A stretch of DNA of 64,000 nucleotides from an uncultured Acidobacteriaceae bacterium (GCA_963735915.1 CAVTMX010000030.1:187501-251500), one strand, 5' to 3'; shown: positions 1 through 11,134, counted from the stretch's first letter. The notes: a model not told the origin generated them from the sequence alone. Numbers and translations are program-made.

Positions 1-1193
1 CGACTTCAAGGTCGATCCGACGCCGACGGACAATCGGCTCTTCGATCTGCACGCCTTCGCCGAGTATGGCAAGGAGGGCGTGCTGGCGCTGTTTCAGGAT
101 TCGACCAACGTCGAGCGCCGCGGCTACACGCCGAGCGAACGCGCGGTGCGCGCGCGCTTCGAGGAGATTTTCGCGCGCGCCGAACGACGCTGTTCATCTC
201 CTGCTTCTCGTCGTCGATCCATCGCATCAAGCTGGCGATGGACCAGGCCTTCGAGAACGGGCGCAAGGTCGCGCTGGTCGGGCGCTCCATGATGGAGTCG
301 ACCGAGATCGCGCAGGACCTCGGCTACATCGACATTCCCGACGGGCTGCTCATCCATCCCGCGCAGATCAGCGAGCTGCCGCCCGACAAGGTCTGCGTGC
401 TCATCAGCGGCACGCAGGGCGAGCCCATGTCGGCGCTGTCGCGCGCCGCGGTCGACAATCACAAGCACGCGCGCATTCAGCCCGGCGACACGGTCGTGCT
501 CTCGTCGCGCATCATTCCCGGCAACGAGAAGGCGATCTATCGCGTCGATCGATCACCTCTTCCGCCGCGATGCGCACGTCATCTACGACGACGGCTCGTC
601 GCCGCCGGTGCACGTCAGCGGACACGCCAGCCAGGAAGAGCTGAAGCTCATCATCAACCTGGTGAAGCCGCAATACTTCATTCCCATTCACGGCGAGTAT
701 CGCCAGCTCAAGCTGCATGCCGAGCTGGCCGGCGCGATGCACGGCTCGGTCGGCAAGGTGATGATGATCGAGAGCGGCGACATTCTGGAGTTCGACGAGC
801 TGGGCGCGCGCAAGGCGGGCAAGGTCAGCGTCGGCCGCATCTGCATCGATTCGAACTCCATGGGCGATGTGGTGGAGGACCTGGTCATTCGCGACCGCCG
901 TCACCTGAGCGAAGACGGCATCGTGCTGCCGATCATCGCCATCAACAAGCTGACCGGCGAAGTCGAGAGCGCGCCGGAGATCGTGATGCGCGGCTTCGGC
1001 GCAGCATGGCCGAGAACGGCTTCCTCGACAGGCGCGCGCAGCACCGTGATGAGCACGCTGCGAAGCGTCCAGCGACGAAGAGAAGGGCGACTACGGCATG
1101 ATCAAGGAAAAGATCCGCCAGGACCTGAAGCGCTTCATCGTGAAGAACACTTCGCGCCGCCCGCTGATCATGCCGGTGATTCTGGAAGTGTGA
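1..1193 (+). pseudogene. rnj: Ribonuclease J (beta-CASP metallo-beta-lactamase RNase); 5' end cut by window edge; about 5 frameshifts as assembled
   Basis: Pieces in three frames join into one RNase J: FQDSTNVERRGYTPSERAV | FISCFSSSIHRIKLAMDQAFENGRKVALVGRSM...IIPGNEKAIYRV | IDHLFRRDAHVIYDDGSSPPVHVSGHASQEELKLIINLVKPQYFIPIHGEYRQL...EIVMRGFG | MAENGFLD | [11 protein letters not shown] | [39 protein letters not shown]; stop 1191-1193 (ORFs 80-292, 238-1101, 608-1531). Confidence 0.85.
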
Positions 1194-2438
1194 CCACGGT
1201 TCCCTGGCAAGGCCGCAGCCCGTCGCGCAAGGCGCGCCTGCTGGCCTGGCTTCCTGCTGCTGGTTCCGATTCTACTCGCCCTGCTCTATCCCATCGCGCA
1301 GGACTATCTGCGCGCGGCCTCGCTGCTGGAGCGCATCTCCGATCCGCACGCGACAGGCTGGATCGCCAACTACGATGTGCATCCGGTCGATGTACACGAC
1401 AGCACCTTCGACTTCCGCGGCCAGCACGATTCCGGCGCGCATTTATTTGCCGCGCGGCGTCGGCTTCGCGCCGGGCATCGTGGTGGTGCACGGCATGCAC
1501 GAGCTCGGCATCGACGAGCCGCGCCTGGTGAGCTTCGCGCGCTCACTGGCGGCGAGCGGCTTCTTCGTCATGACGCCGCTGGTCCCCGGCATCGCCGACT
1601 ATCGCGTTGAGGCCGAATCGGCCGACGTGATCGGTACTGCGGCGCAGAGCTTCGCGCAGCAACTCAACGTGCCGCAGCGTCGGAGTGCTGGCCATCAGTT
1701 TTTCCGGCGGCCTGGCGCTGCTGGCAGCCAGCGATCCGCAATATGCTGCGTCGTTCGCCTGGATCGCATCCGTCGGCGGATACTACGATCTCGCGCATGT
1801 GCTGCGCTTCTTCGCCACCGGCAGACGCTGTGCGGCCCGACGGCAAAGTCGAGCACCTCACGCCGCACGAATATGGCGCGCTGATCGTGATCGATGACGA
1901 GCCCGGCGATTTCTTCTCGCCGCACGATGCGCCGCTGGCACACGAAGCCTTCAAGCTGCTGCTCGCCGGCGATGGCAAGGAATCCGAGGCGCTCACACAG
2001 CGCATGACGCCAGCCGGGCAGCAGGTCATGCAGGACATCTACCACAAGCAGCGCGCCAGTCTTACGCCGGCGATTCTGGCCGAGATCGACAAGCAGCGGG
2101 ACAAGCTCGCAGCGGCCTCTCCCGCCGGCCATCTGCGATTCATTCGAGCGCCGGTGCTGCTGTTGCACGGCTCCGACGACACGCGTAATCCCGCCGACCG
2201 AGCTGTTGTGGCTGAAGCGCGACATTCCGCAAGATCATCTGGTCGAGGCGCTGGTCAGCCCGGCCATCACTCACGTCGAGGTCGGCGGCAAGCCCAGCTT
2301 CGCGACCGGCTCGCACTTGTACACTGGATGGAGGAGATGATTCAGGTGGCGCGCAGCACCACTCGTGGCGGCCCGCCGGAGAGTTTACCTGCGGGCGCGT
2401 GGATCGCGAAACAATCAACCTGGGTCTCGCCGTTCTAG
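1190..2438 (+). pseudogene. Membrane-anchored alpha/beta-fold hydrolase (dienelactone-hydrolase-like); at least 4 frameshifts as assembled
   Basis: GTG 1190 overlaps the rnj stop (GTGA). TM helix FLLLVPILLALLYPIA, then IYLPRGVGFAPGIVVVHGMHELG...FFVMTPLVPG | VLAISFSGGLALLAA (nucleophile-elbow-like SFSGG) | ...FIRAPVLLLHGSDDT | ...LALVHWMEEMIQVA. Pieces lie in ORFs 1375-1884, 1685-1897, 1743-2438. Confidence 0.55.
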
Positions 2439-2490
2439 CCATCTTGCGGCTAGGGCGGGGCAGTTCGTCAACGTATCAGCAGGATTACGT

Positions 2491-3470
2491 TTGGTGACAC
2501 TGGCCCAAGTCCGGCAGGCGCAGATGCGCATGCAGGGCGTTGCTGTTCGCACGCCGCTGGTCCCCTACTTCCCTGCCGCAGGCACAGAAAACGGTTCGCG
2601 TGGACAGCTCTGGCTCAAGCCGGAAAACCTTCAGCCCATCGGTGCGTTCAAGATTCGCGGGGCGTACAACAAGATCGCATCGCTTACCGAAGCTGAACGC
2701 CAGCGCGGCGTCATTACCTATTCCAGCGGCAATCACGCCCAGGGAGTCGCCTACGCGGCGCGGGCGCTGGGAGTGAAAGCCGTGATCGTAATGCCGCGCA
2801 ACGCGCCGCGACTAAAGGTGCAGGCCACAGCCGCGCTGGGAGCGGAGATCGTCACGGTTGGTCCTGCGCAGCACCGAGCGCCTTCGCAAAGCCGAAGAGT
2901 TGGCCGCGCAGCACGGTTACGTGATCGTGCCTCCCTACAATGACGAGCAGATTATCGCCGGCCAGGGCACTACCGGCCTGGAGATCCTGCAGGACAGCCC
3001 CGATGTAGATCTGGTGCTGGTTCCTACCGGCGGCGGTGGGCTGATCAGCGGCGTCTCCGCCGCGCTGAAGCTGAGCGGCTCGAAGGCGAAGATCGTCGGC
3101 GTGGAGCCGGAGCTGGCCAATGACGCGCAGCAGAGCTTTCGCATGGGTGAGATCGTCGAACTTCCCGCCGAGCGCGTTTCGAGCACGCTGGCCGATGGCT
3201 TGCGCACGCAGTCGGTCGGGCCGATCAACTTCGAACACATCCGCAGATTCGTCGATGACATGATCGCGGTGAGCGAAGATGAAATTCGCGCGGCCATGAG
3301 GCACATGGTCATGAACGCGCATTTGGTCGCAGAGCCTAGCGGAGCAGTGACTTTCGCTGCGTGGCTGTTTCATCCGAAGCGAACTGCCGGAATCGAAGAA
3401 GACGGTCGCGGTGGTCAGCGGCGGCAACGTCGATCCGCAATTGCTGGCGCAGGTGCTGGCAACCGATTGA
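2491..3470 (+). pseudogene. PLP-dependent threonine/serine dehydratase (threonine ammonia-lyase / serine racemase family); 2 frameshifts as assembled
   Basis: LKPENLQPIGAFKIRGAYNK (PLP-lysine motif), YSSGNHAQGVAYAA, PTGGGGLISG; third-frame tail VAVVSGGNVDPQLLAQVLATD with stop 3468-3470. ORFs 2365-2943 and 2858-3976. Confidence 0.75.
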
Positions 3471-3499
3471 TGTCGCCGGCCCGTAGAATGAATAGGCAA

Positions 3500-4498
3500 A
3501 TGATCATGAGAGCTGCAGTTCTCATCACGTCAGCACCAATCACCCAACAACCACTGCGCATCGAAGACGTACCCAGGCCGGAGGTCATGCCCGGTCACGT
3601 TTTGCTGAAAGTCCGCGCCTGCGGGGTCTGTCGCACCGACTTGCACATCGTCGAAGGCGAACTGGCGCCCCGGCTGGAGCACGTAGTTCCTGGCCACCAG
3701 ATCGTGGGCGATGTAGTCGAGGGCGCCTCGGCCGAGTTGCCGAAGGGGACACGAGTGGGCGTCTCCTGGATCGGCGGCACCGACGGTACGTGTTGGTATT
3801 GCCGCCATGCGATGGAGAACCTCTGCGACGCACCCACCTTCACCGGCTACACCGTGAACGGGGGTTATGCGGAGTATGCGATCGCGCGCGCCGATTTTGT
3901 CTTTCCGCTGCCGGCAGCAGCTCGACGATCTTCACGCGGCGCCATTGTTGTGCGCGGGCATCATCGGCTTCCGTAGCTTGCGGGTGGCGGGCACGCAGCC
4001 CGGCGAGCGCGTCGGACTCTTCGGGTTTGGGGCCTCGGCGCACTTGGCAATCGAGGTACTGCATGCCTGGAAATGCGACGTTTACGTTTCCACGCGGGGC
4101 GAGTCGCATCGCAAGCTGGCGGAGTCTCTGGGGGCGAAGTGGGTGGGCGCGGAGACCGAAAGGCCCCCCGTGGGCCTCGATCGCGCCATCACGTTTGCAC
4201 CCAGCGGCGATGTCGTGGTTGCCGCGCTTTCGAGCTTGCGCAAGGGCGGAGTGGTCGCAATCAACGCAATACATCTGGACCACATGCCAGAGTTCGATTA
4301 CGACACGCTGTTGTGGGGCGAACGCCAGATTCGCAGTGTGGCCAACATGACGCGCGAGGATGCCCGAGACTTCCTTAACCTGGCCGCCAAGATCAACTTG
4401 CATCCGAAGGTGACGTCGTTCTCGCTGGATCAGGCGAATGAGGCGTTGCTCGCGGTGAAAGGGGATGCGATTGATGGGCAGCCGCCATTCTGCCGTGA
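3500..4498 (+). pseudogene. Zinc-dependent alcohol dehydrogenase family (MDR superfamily); 2 frameshifts as assembled
   Basis: GHVLLKVRACGVCRTDLHIVEG, VPGHQIVG, CWYCRHAMENLC (structural Zn cysteines), GLFGFGASAH (Rossmann). Adding one G at 4476-4478 restores the ending ...AIDGAAAILP with stop 4496-4498. ORFs 2858-3976 (C-terminal part) and 3867-4697. Confidence 0.8.
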
Positions 4499-4561
4499 AG
4501 CCGTCGTCCCACCCAAGCAAAAGACGCTTGGATGGGGCACCCAGCCGTCAGTGACCGATCC

Positions 4562-5005
4562 CTACATGATGCGCGGCAGGCCGAGCAGTGGCACCATGCA
4601 GCCCTTGGCGGCGTCCCAGTATTCCACCTGCTGGATATCTACCTTGAGTAGGACCAGCCCGGGGTCTTCAGGGCCGCCCGACAGCCAGGACTTATAGCTC
4701 GGATCCCACAACTGTTTTGCCAGCGCGTGGTCGCGCACTAACTCGCAAAAGCCGCTGACGGAAACGTACCGCTGGGACGCGTGGTCGGCATAGGCGACGT
4801 TGACGCGCTGATTGGTCCGGACCGCCTCCACCTTCTCCGAATTGTTGTGGGTGAGAAACCACAGGACGCCGCTGTCGTCGGCGGGGTGCGTGGCCATGGG
4901 ACAGCTGTGCAAGGTGTCATCGGGACGGATGGTGGTAAGTACAGCCGTGGCAATTCCCTTCACCATCTCGTTCAAGCGGGCGATGAGAGCGATCGCGTCT
5001 GGCAT
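4562..5005 (-). CDS. Pyridoxamine 5'-phosphate oxidase-like FMN-binding protein (general stress protein 26 family)
   Basis: ORF 4562-5032. MPDAIALIARLNEMVKGIATAVLTT...LWFLTHNNSEKVEAVRTNQRVNVAYADHASQRYVSVSGFCELVRD...LLKVDIQQVEYWD has the typical GSP26/PNPOx-like pattern. Start taken at the second Met. Confidence 0.65.
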   Translation of the reverse strand: MPDAIALIARLNEMVKGIATAVLTTIRPDDTLHSCPMATHPADDSGVLWFLTHNNSEKVEAVRTNQRVNVAYADHASQRYVSVSGFCELVRDHALAKQLWDPSYKSWLSGGPEDPGLVLLKVDIQQVEYWDAAKGCMVPLLGLPRIM

Positions 5006-5196
5006 GTAATCTCCTGAATTCCCAGTTTGCAACTAATACTCCGATGTTGGCAATGTCTCTGCTACCGAAAGCTTACTCCGGGGTGTCTATCAGAAGAGGG
5101 AGAGTTTGGCGGATCTCTGCGCCTAGGTGGAACAAAACCCCATGTCCCCTCGTATCAATCATCAGGAACGAAGGCTGCCCGGGTGCGGAGGGAGCA

Positions 5197-6410
5197 GTGG
5201 CGAACGGCAAGAATCATAAGAAGAAGCGCTGGCTGGTGATGACGGCTGGTCTCGGTCGCGGTCGTGGCGCTGGTCATCGTAGCGGTAGCGGCAACGCGCG
5301 GCGGCACCAAGATCGATCCCGACCAAGCTGGCCAAAGTCGAGCGCGGCGATCTCACCAAGAGCGTCGTCGCGACCGGCAAGATCACGCCCATCACCAAGG
5401 TCGAAATCAAGTCCAAGGCCAGCGGCATCGTGAAGAAGCTCTATGTGGACTACCGGCGACCATGTGAAGCAGGGCCAGGTGCTGGCGGAGCTGGACGGGT
5501 GGAGATCGAGGCGCAGGTGAATTCGGCGCGGGCGCAGCTGCTGTCGTCGCAGGCCAATCTGAAGAGCGCGCAGGCCGACGAGAAGCGCGCCGAAGTCGAC
5601 GCCCAGGGCGTCGACATTCCCACCTTGCAGCGCGCCTATGAGCGCGCGCAGGAGATGTCGAAGGACGGCGTCGTTTCGCAGTCAACGCTGGACGACGCCG
5701 AGCGCAGCTACATCATGGCCGTGAACAAGCGCGACGTGGCGCGCGCGCAGCTGACCGTGAACAAGGCCAAGGTAGCGCAGGCGCAGGCGCGAGGTCGAGA
5801 AGGACCAGGCCAGCCTGAAGCAATTCGAAGAGCAGCTGAGCTATACCACGATCACCGCGCCCATCGACGGCGTAGTGCTGTCGCGCGATGTCGAAGTGGG
5901 CGATGCGGTCAGCTCCATTCTCGTGCTCGGCTCCGGCGCGACGCTGGTGATGACGCTCGGCGACACCAGCGAGGTCTACGTCAAAGGCAAGGTCGACGAG
6001 AGCGATATCGGCAAGGTTTATCTGGGCCAGCCCGCGCGCATTCGCGTGGAGACCTTCAAGGACAAGACCTTCACCGGCCACGTCACCAAGATTTCGCCGA
6101 TGGGCGTCGAGAAAGACAACGTGACTACCTTCGAGGTGCGCGTCTCGATCAACAATCCCGGCGGCGAGCTGAAGGCGGAGATGACCGCCAACGCCGAGAT
6201 CATCCTCGACGAGCACCACAACGTGCTGATGATTCCCGAAGGCGCCATCATGTACGACAAGGACAAGAAGGCGTCGGTCGACATCCCCGATCCGCACGGC
6301 AAGGACGGCATGAAGAAGATCGCCGGTCAACATCGGCATCTCGAACGGCGTGAAGACCGAAGTTGCAGTCCGGCCTGAAAGAAGGCGACCAGGTGGTGCT
6401 GCAGCAGTGA
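5197..6410 (+). pseudogene. HlyD/MacA-type efflux membrane-fusion (periplasmic adaptor) protein; at least 4 frameshifts as assembled
   Basis: GTG 5197 follows GGAGGGAG. TM anchor, KVEIKSKASGIVKKLYVD, coiled-coil QVNSARAQLLSSQANLKSAQADEKRAEV, TITAPIDGVVLSRDVEVGDAV...VYVKGKVDESDIGKV...FTGHVTKISP, tail VNIGISNGVKTEVQSGLKEGDQVVLQQ with stop 6408-6410. Confidence 0.75.
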
Positions 6411-6465
6411 AAGGCCTGGGCGATTAAAGCGCTGACTCATCGGAAGGCGTCGTGTAGTAGAGGAC

Positions 6466-6495
6466 TGTCATTACGAGCGGTGACAATCTTCTGAT
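6466..6495. repeat. Divergent copy of the GTCATYNNGAGCG box repeat
   Basis: tgtcattacgagcggtgacaatcttctg resembles the boxes at 19250, 26714 and (reverse) 39958. Confidence 0.35.
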
Positions 6496-6569
6496 TCGCA
6501 CTGCTTTTGCTGAGTTCGCCCGTTCTACTCGCTTGACTCCTCTCACCTCTGCGGCTACTGTGCGGAGGC

Positions 6570-7382
6570 ATGTCGGAACGCCGTATCGTCACCCTCACCA
6601 CCGATTTTGGTCTGAGCGATCCCTTCGTCGGTATCATGCACGGCGTGGTCTTGAACGTTCATCCTGAAACGACAATCGTTGATGTCTCTCACGCCGTCGC
6701 TTCCTACGACGTGTTTGACGGCGCCCTGACCATCGCCCAGGCTTACCGTTTCTTCCCGGTGCGAACGGTACATGTCGTCGTAGTCGATCCCGGCGTTGGC
6801 AGCGAACGTCGGCCCATCATCGTCGAAACCGATGACTACATCTTCGTCGCGCCCGACAATGGTGTGCTGTCCCTGGTGGAAGCCCGCGAAGAGAAGTTTG
6901 TGGTGCGGCACGTTACTGCCGAGCGGTACTTTCTCCACCCTGTCAGCCGGACGTTCCATGGACGCGACGTTTTCGCCTCCGTTGCGGGTTGGTTGAGCAA
7001 CGGAGTTGCGCCGGAGGAGTTCGGGCCGGAGATCTCCGACTATGTGCGCCTGCCGTTGCGGCAGGTGGAGATTGTCGGCGAGAACAGCCTGCGTGGCGAG
7101 GTCATCAAGGTCGACAAATTCGGTAACCTGATCACGAATATCGGCGAGATGGATGCGCCTGCGCTGTTTCAAAGCGACAGGCCGGCAGTGAGCATACTCA
7201 TTGCCGGCCAGACAATCACCCGGGTATGTACGTCGTATGCGGAAGGTGAAGGCGACGAAGTCTTCCTCATCATCGGAAGTTCAGGATATCTGGAGATTGC
7301 CGCCCGGCAGGCCTCGGCTGCGGAGAGGCTTGGCGCAGTGGTGGGCACTCCGGTAGGACTGGTGCTGGGCGTTGGCAGTTGA
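6570..7382 (+). CDS. SAM hydrolase / SAM-dependent halogenase family protein (DUF62, SAM hydroxide adenosyltransferase-like)
   Basis: MSERRIVTLTTDFGLSDPFVGIMHGVV...VHVVVVDPGVGSERRPII...YIFVAPDNGVLS. The TDFG and DPGVG motifs are typical of DUF62. Confidence 0.8.
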   Translation: MSERRIVTLTTDFGLSDPFVGIMHGVVLNVHPETTIVDVSHAVASYDVFDGALTIAQAYRFFPVRTVHVVVVDPGVGSERRPIIVETDDYIFVAPDNGVLSLVEAREEKFVVRHVTAERYFLHPVSRTFHGRDVFASVAGWLSNGVAPEEFGPEISDYVRLPLRQVEIVGENSLRGEVIKVDKFGNLITNIGEMDAPALFQSDRPAVSILIAGQTITRVCTSYAEGEGDEVFLIIGSSGYLEIAARQASAAERLGAVVGTPVGLVLGVGS

Positions 7383-7454
7383 CGCAAGTTCCAACCGAGG
7401 CCAGTGCTGCCCATTGCTTAAGCACAGGCCGCTTCGCAAAGCCACACTGGACCC

Positions 7455-8147
7455 ATGAAGATTATTCCGGCTAGCGACTCGTCGTTGTTGGTGGTCTTCG
7501 GAAATGAAATCTCGCCCGCACTCCATCAGCGCGTGATGGCGCTTTTTCATGGATTGCAGGACGCGCGTGACCCGCGCATTCGCAACCTGCATCCCGGCTA
7601 CGCATCGCTGCTGATCGATTTTGATCCGCTGCGGCTCTCGGACGCCGAACTCGACTCGATTCTTCAACAACTGGCGACGGCACACGGCCACCTAGTCGAA
7701 TCCCCGCAGGACGTGGCGACCATTCCGGTCTGTTATGACATCGAATTCGGCCCCGACCTGCCGGATGTCGCGCAGCATGCCGAGATTTCACCGGAAGAAG
7801 TCGTTCGGCTACATTCCTCACCCACGTATCTCGTATATTTCCTGGGATTTTCTCCCGGTTTCGTCTACCTCGGCGCCCTGCCGCAGGCTTTGCATATGCC
7901 TCGGCTGCCGACTCCCCGGCGTGCGGTTGCCGGCGGCAGTGTGGGCATTGCCGGCAATCAGACGGGAATCTATCCTCTCGATTCACCCGGAGGGTGGAGG
8001 CTGATTGGACGAACGCCTCTTCACATGTTCGATCCCGTGGCGACACCTCCGACCCGCCTGCAACCCGGCGACAGGGTGAAATTTTGCCCAGTCGACCGCG
8101 CGACCTTCGACCACATGGAACAATCTGCGGAGGCCCGGCTCCGATGA
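7455..8147 (+). CDS. pxpB: 5-oxoprolinase subunit B (KipI / allophanate hydrolase subunit 1 family)
   Basis: IIPASDSSLLVVFG...YLVYFLGFSPGFVYLGALP...GSVGIAGNQTGIYP. ATGA overlap with the next gene. Confidence 0.85.
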   Translation: MKIIPASDSSLLVVFGNEISPALHQRVMALFHGLQDARDPRIRNLHPGYASLLIDFDPLRLSDAELDSILQQLATAHGHLVESPQDVATIPVCYDIEFGPDLPDVAQHAEISPEEVVRLHSSPTYLVYFLGFSPGFVYLGALPQALHMPRLPTPRRAVAGGSVGIAGNQTGIYPLDSPGGWRLIGRTPLHMFDPVATPPTRLQPGDRVKFCPVDRATFDHMEQSAEARLR

Positions 8148-9073
8148 CGATTCGGGTCGAAACACCGGGATTGTCGACGACGATCCAGGACCTTGGCCGC
8201 TTCGGTTACGCTCATCTCGGCATCTCTCCCGCGGGAGCCGCCGATTCGTTATCGTTCCGTATCGCCAATCTCCTGGTGGGGAACGATGAGAGCGCGCCCG
8301 CGCTGGAGATGACGCTGCTCGGCGCAAAATTGAAGTTCGACGAGAGCGCCGTAGTCGCGCTCACGGGCGCCGCTTGCGACTGCAAGGTTGGTTCCGCGCA
8401 CATGCCGGCCAACGCCGTGTTCGATGTGCCCGCGGGCACAGTTCTGGAATGCGGAAGCATGACCGACGGCGCGCGCTGCTATCTTTCTGTGCAAGGCGGA
8501 TTCGATGTCCCGTTGGTCATGGCAAGCGCATCCACCTTGGCCGCCGGACACATTGGAGGGTTCCAGGGGCGCAGATTGCAGAGCGGCGACGTGTTGCGGG
8601 TGCGGCGGCACGGACCGATGCGGGTCAACTCGCTGCGTGCCGGCGCGCTTGACGCGTTGCGCGCTCCGCAGCCCCTGCGGGTGACCGAAGGTCCGCAGCA
8701 GGACTGGTTCGGCGCTGAGGCCTTCGAGACGTTGTTTTCGAGCGCGTACATTGTGAGCGAGCAGTCGGACCGTTCCGGTCTACGGCTCAGGGGAGAAGCC
8801 GTGCGGCCACACGAACCATCCGAATTGCTCACCGAGGGTGTTTCCCTCGGCGCGATTCAGGTGCCCCAGGATGGCCAGCCGATCATTCTGTTTGTTGATC
8901 AGCAGACCACCGGCGGCTATCCCAAGATCGCGAATGTCATTGCCGCCGACATGCATCGCGTCGGTCAGTTGCGGCCGCGCGACACGGTGCGATTGGTTGA
9001 AGTCTCGATCCCGGAAGCGGTAGAAATACAGCGCCGCCGGGAGCACTGGCTGACGGAGATATTTGTCTCCTGA
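8144..9073 (+). CDS. pxpC: 5-oxoprolinase subunit C (KipA / allophanate hydrolase subunit 2 family)
   Basis: MTIRVETPGLSTTIQDLGRFGYAHLGISPAGAAD...DQQTTGGYPKIANVIAADMHRVGQLRPRD. Internal Met of ORF 7994-9073 chosen because of the ATGA coupling with pxpB. Confidence 0.85.
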   Translation: MTIRVETPGLSTTIQDLGRFGYAHLGISPAGAADSLSFRIANLLVGNDESAPALEMTLLGAKLKFDESAVVALTGAACDCKVGSAHMPANAVFDVPAGTVLECGSMTDGARCYLSVQGGFDVPLVMASASTLAAGHIGGFQGRRLQSGDVLRVRRHGPMRVNSLRAGALDALRAPQPLRVTEGPQQDWFGAEAFETLFSSAYIVSEQSDRSGLRLRGEAVRPHEPSELLTEGVSLGAIQVPQDGQPIILFVDQQTTGGYPKIANVIAADMHRVGQLRPRDTVRLVEVSIPEAVEIQRRREHWLTEIFVS

Positions 9074-9103
9074 TCGAGGGGTCAGGCGTGGAGTAGGTTC
9101 AAA

Positions 9104-9928
9104 GTGCCGGAGATTCGTGTCGATATCAATGCCGACTTGGGCGAGTCCGAAGAGAGGCTCGCGAACGGGAGCGACTTCGAACTGATGCGCTATATCACGT
9201 CCGCCAATATCGCATGCGGTGGACACGCGGGCAACGAACGGACCATGCGCGAAACGCTCTCGGCAGCGCGCGAGCTGAAGGTTGCCGCAGGAGCGCATCC
9301 GGGCTATCCCGATCCCGCGAACTTCGGACGGCTGGAGTTACCGCTCTCTCCGGCGGACGTCGAGGATTCTGTGCGGCGGCAGATCGCCGAACTGGCGAAG
9401 CTTGCAGCACGGTTGGACGTGCAATTGGTACACGTGAAACCGCACGGCGCGCTGTATCACGCGGCCAGCACGAGGCGAGAGGTGGCCTTGGCAATCGGAC
9501 GCGCGGTAATGGCAATCGATTCCGGGCTTATCCTGCTCGGCCAGGCCGGCTCCCCCGCTCTGGATGTCTGGCGCGCGATGGGATTACACGCCGCTGCCGA
9601 AAGTTTCGCCGATCGCAGTTACGAGCCGAACGGCACGCTGCGAAAGCGCACTCTCGCCGGCGCGCTGCTCAGCGATCCGGCGCGGGCCGCGCAGCAAGCG
9701 GTTGACCTCGCACTTCGGCACAGGGCAGTTGCCAGCGACGGCTCCGAATTGACGGTTGACGGGGACACCATCTGCATACACTCCGACACGCCGGGCAGCG
9801 TTTCGATCGCGCGCGAAGTCAATCGCGCGCTGAAAGCGGCAGGCGTCCTCGTGCAGTGCTTGTCATGGGAGGAGCTTTATAAACTCCAGCCAATTCCGAG
9901 TTCGGAAGCAAAGAAAAGCCCGGCGTAA
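9104..9928 (+). CDS. pxpA: 5-oxoprolinase subunit A (LamB/YcsF family)
   Basis: VDINADLGESEE, ANIACGGHAGN, HVKPHGALYH. Confidence 0.9.
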   Translation: MPEIRVDINADLGESEERLANGSDFELMRYITSANIACGGHAGNERTMRETLSAARELKVAAGAHPGYPDPANFGRLELPLSPADVEDSVRRQIAELAKLAARLDVQLVHVKPHGALYHAASTRREVALAIGRAVMAIDSGLILLGQAGSPALDVWRAMGLHAAAESFADRSYEPNGTLRKRTLAGALLSDPARAAQQAVDLALRHRAVASDGSELTVDGDTICIHSDTPGSVSIAREVNRALKAAGVLVQCLSWEELYKLQPIPSSEAKKSPA

Positions 9929-9936
9929 AGCCGGGC
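9908..9936 (-). terminator. Rho-independent terminator of cspA; its loop contains the pxpA stop codon
   Basis: Stem gcccggc (9918-9924) / gccgggc (9930-9936). On the minus strand it is followed by TTTTCTTTGC. Confidence 0.5.
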
Positions 9937-9959
9937 TAAGGAATCTAGGATGTTACAGG

Positions 9960-10169
9960 TTACTGCGTTCGGACTACGTTGCCGGCCTGCGGACCTTTCT
10001 GGCCCTCGACAATCTCGAATTCCACTTGATCGCCTTCCTGCAAACTCTTGTAGCCGTCCGAATTGATCGCGCTGTAGTGCACAAAAACGTCGGCATTGCC
10101 GTCGTCGCGACCGATGAAGCCGAAGCCCTTTGCGTTATTGAACCACTTGACGGTCCCTTTCAATTTCAC
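9960..10169 (-). CDS. cspA: Cold-shock protein (CspA family)
   Basis: [66 protein letters not shown] (RNP1 KGFGFI, RNP2 VFVHY). GTG 10169 is preceded by GGAGGA. Confidence 0.9.
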   Translation of the reverse strand: MKLKGTVKWFNNAKGFGFIGRDDGNADVFVHYSAINSDGYKSLQEGDQVEFEIVEGQKGPQAGNVVRTQ

Positions 10170-10341
10170 TTTCTTCTTCCTCCGGGCAGAGCCCAACAGC
10201 ACCCCCACCCCGAGGGTGCCGGTCTTGAATTGCGTCCATCAGGTTGAGTCCCGAACCAGAGTTTAGGAGAGTCTTCGGAAGGAGCCATCCCCACATGAGT
10301 CTATGGCACGGCGTCGGAGCCTGCTTGAACTGCGTATTCCA

Positions 10342-10370
10342 ACTATGCTCTTGTTTTTGGGTGTTGTCAA
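10342..10370 (-). promoter_or_regulatory. Candidate sigma70 promoter of cspA (TTGACA-N17-CATAGT), implying a ~165-nt 5' UTR
   Basis: On the minus strand, TTGACA lies at 10370-10365 and CATAGT at 10347-10342, with a 17-nt spacer. Confidence 0.35.
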
Positions 10371-10455
10371 GAGAGTATACAGCTCAGAGCCCTATTTTTA
10401 GCGGGTTTGCGGCCTTAGTTTCACCTTAACCCTAAATTAAGGTCGTAATGCGATA

Positions 10456-11082
10456 TTATTTCAGGTCGCCGCGCGCAAACGCCTCCGCCAGCCAGAGCAC
10501 CCCGGCGATGGTCTTGCCGTCGCGGATCTTGCCGGAGAATATCCAGTCAATCACCTGCGACATGAGGACCAGCTTGCATTCGATGGATTCATCCTCTTCC
10601 GGCTCGGCCTCGCCGGAGGTCAGTCCCCGCGCGAAATAGATGGCCATGGTCTCATCGAGAAAGCCAGGGCTGGAGTAGAAGATCACCGCCCGCTTCCACT
10701 GCCGGGCACGATATCCCGTCTCCTCGATTAACTCGCGCTTGGCGCCGGCCAGCGGCTCTTCACCGGGATCGATGCGGCCGGCGGGCAGCTCCCAGAGATA
10801 ATCCTGCGCGGCGTAGCGGTATTGGCGTTCGAGAAGGACACGCGGCTCGGCGCCTGCTTCGTCGATGGCCAGCACGACGATGGAGCCGGAATGGCGGACG
10901 ACATCGCGCGTTGCGGTAATGCCGCTGGGCTCCTTGACCTTGTCACAGGTGACTTTGAACACCTTGCCGTCGTAGACGATCTTCGAGGACAGGACCTGGG
11001 CGGCTTTACCGCGCTTCTGAGCGGGCCGAGTAGATCTCCTGGGACGCTTTGGCATGGAACCAATATAAGGCAAGCGCGTCAC
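10456..11082 (-). CDS. NUDIX hydrolase (ADP-ribose pyrophosphatase-like)
   Basis: Nudix box GRIDPGEEPLAGAKRELIEETGY. The start may instead be the Met at 11055. Confidence 0.75.
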   Translation of the reverse strand: MTRLPYIGSMPKRPRRSTRPAQKRGKAAQVLSSKIVYDGKVFKVTCDKVKEPSGITATRDVVRHSGSIVVLAIDEAGAEPRVLLERQYRYAAQDYLWELPAGRIDPGEEPLAGAKRELIEETGYRARQWKRAVIFYSSPGFLDETMAIYFARGLTSGEAEPEEDESIECKLVLMSQVIDWIFSGKIRDGKTIAGVLWLAEAFARGDLK

Positions 11083-11134
11083 CGCCCATGGGGGCGCGGG
11101 ACGTGAGTGACTTCGAATCTGCTATTCTCGCGCC

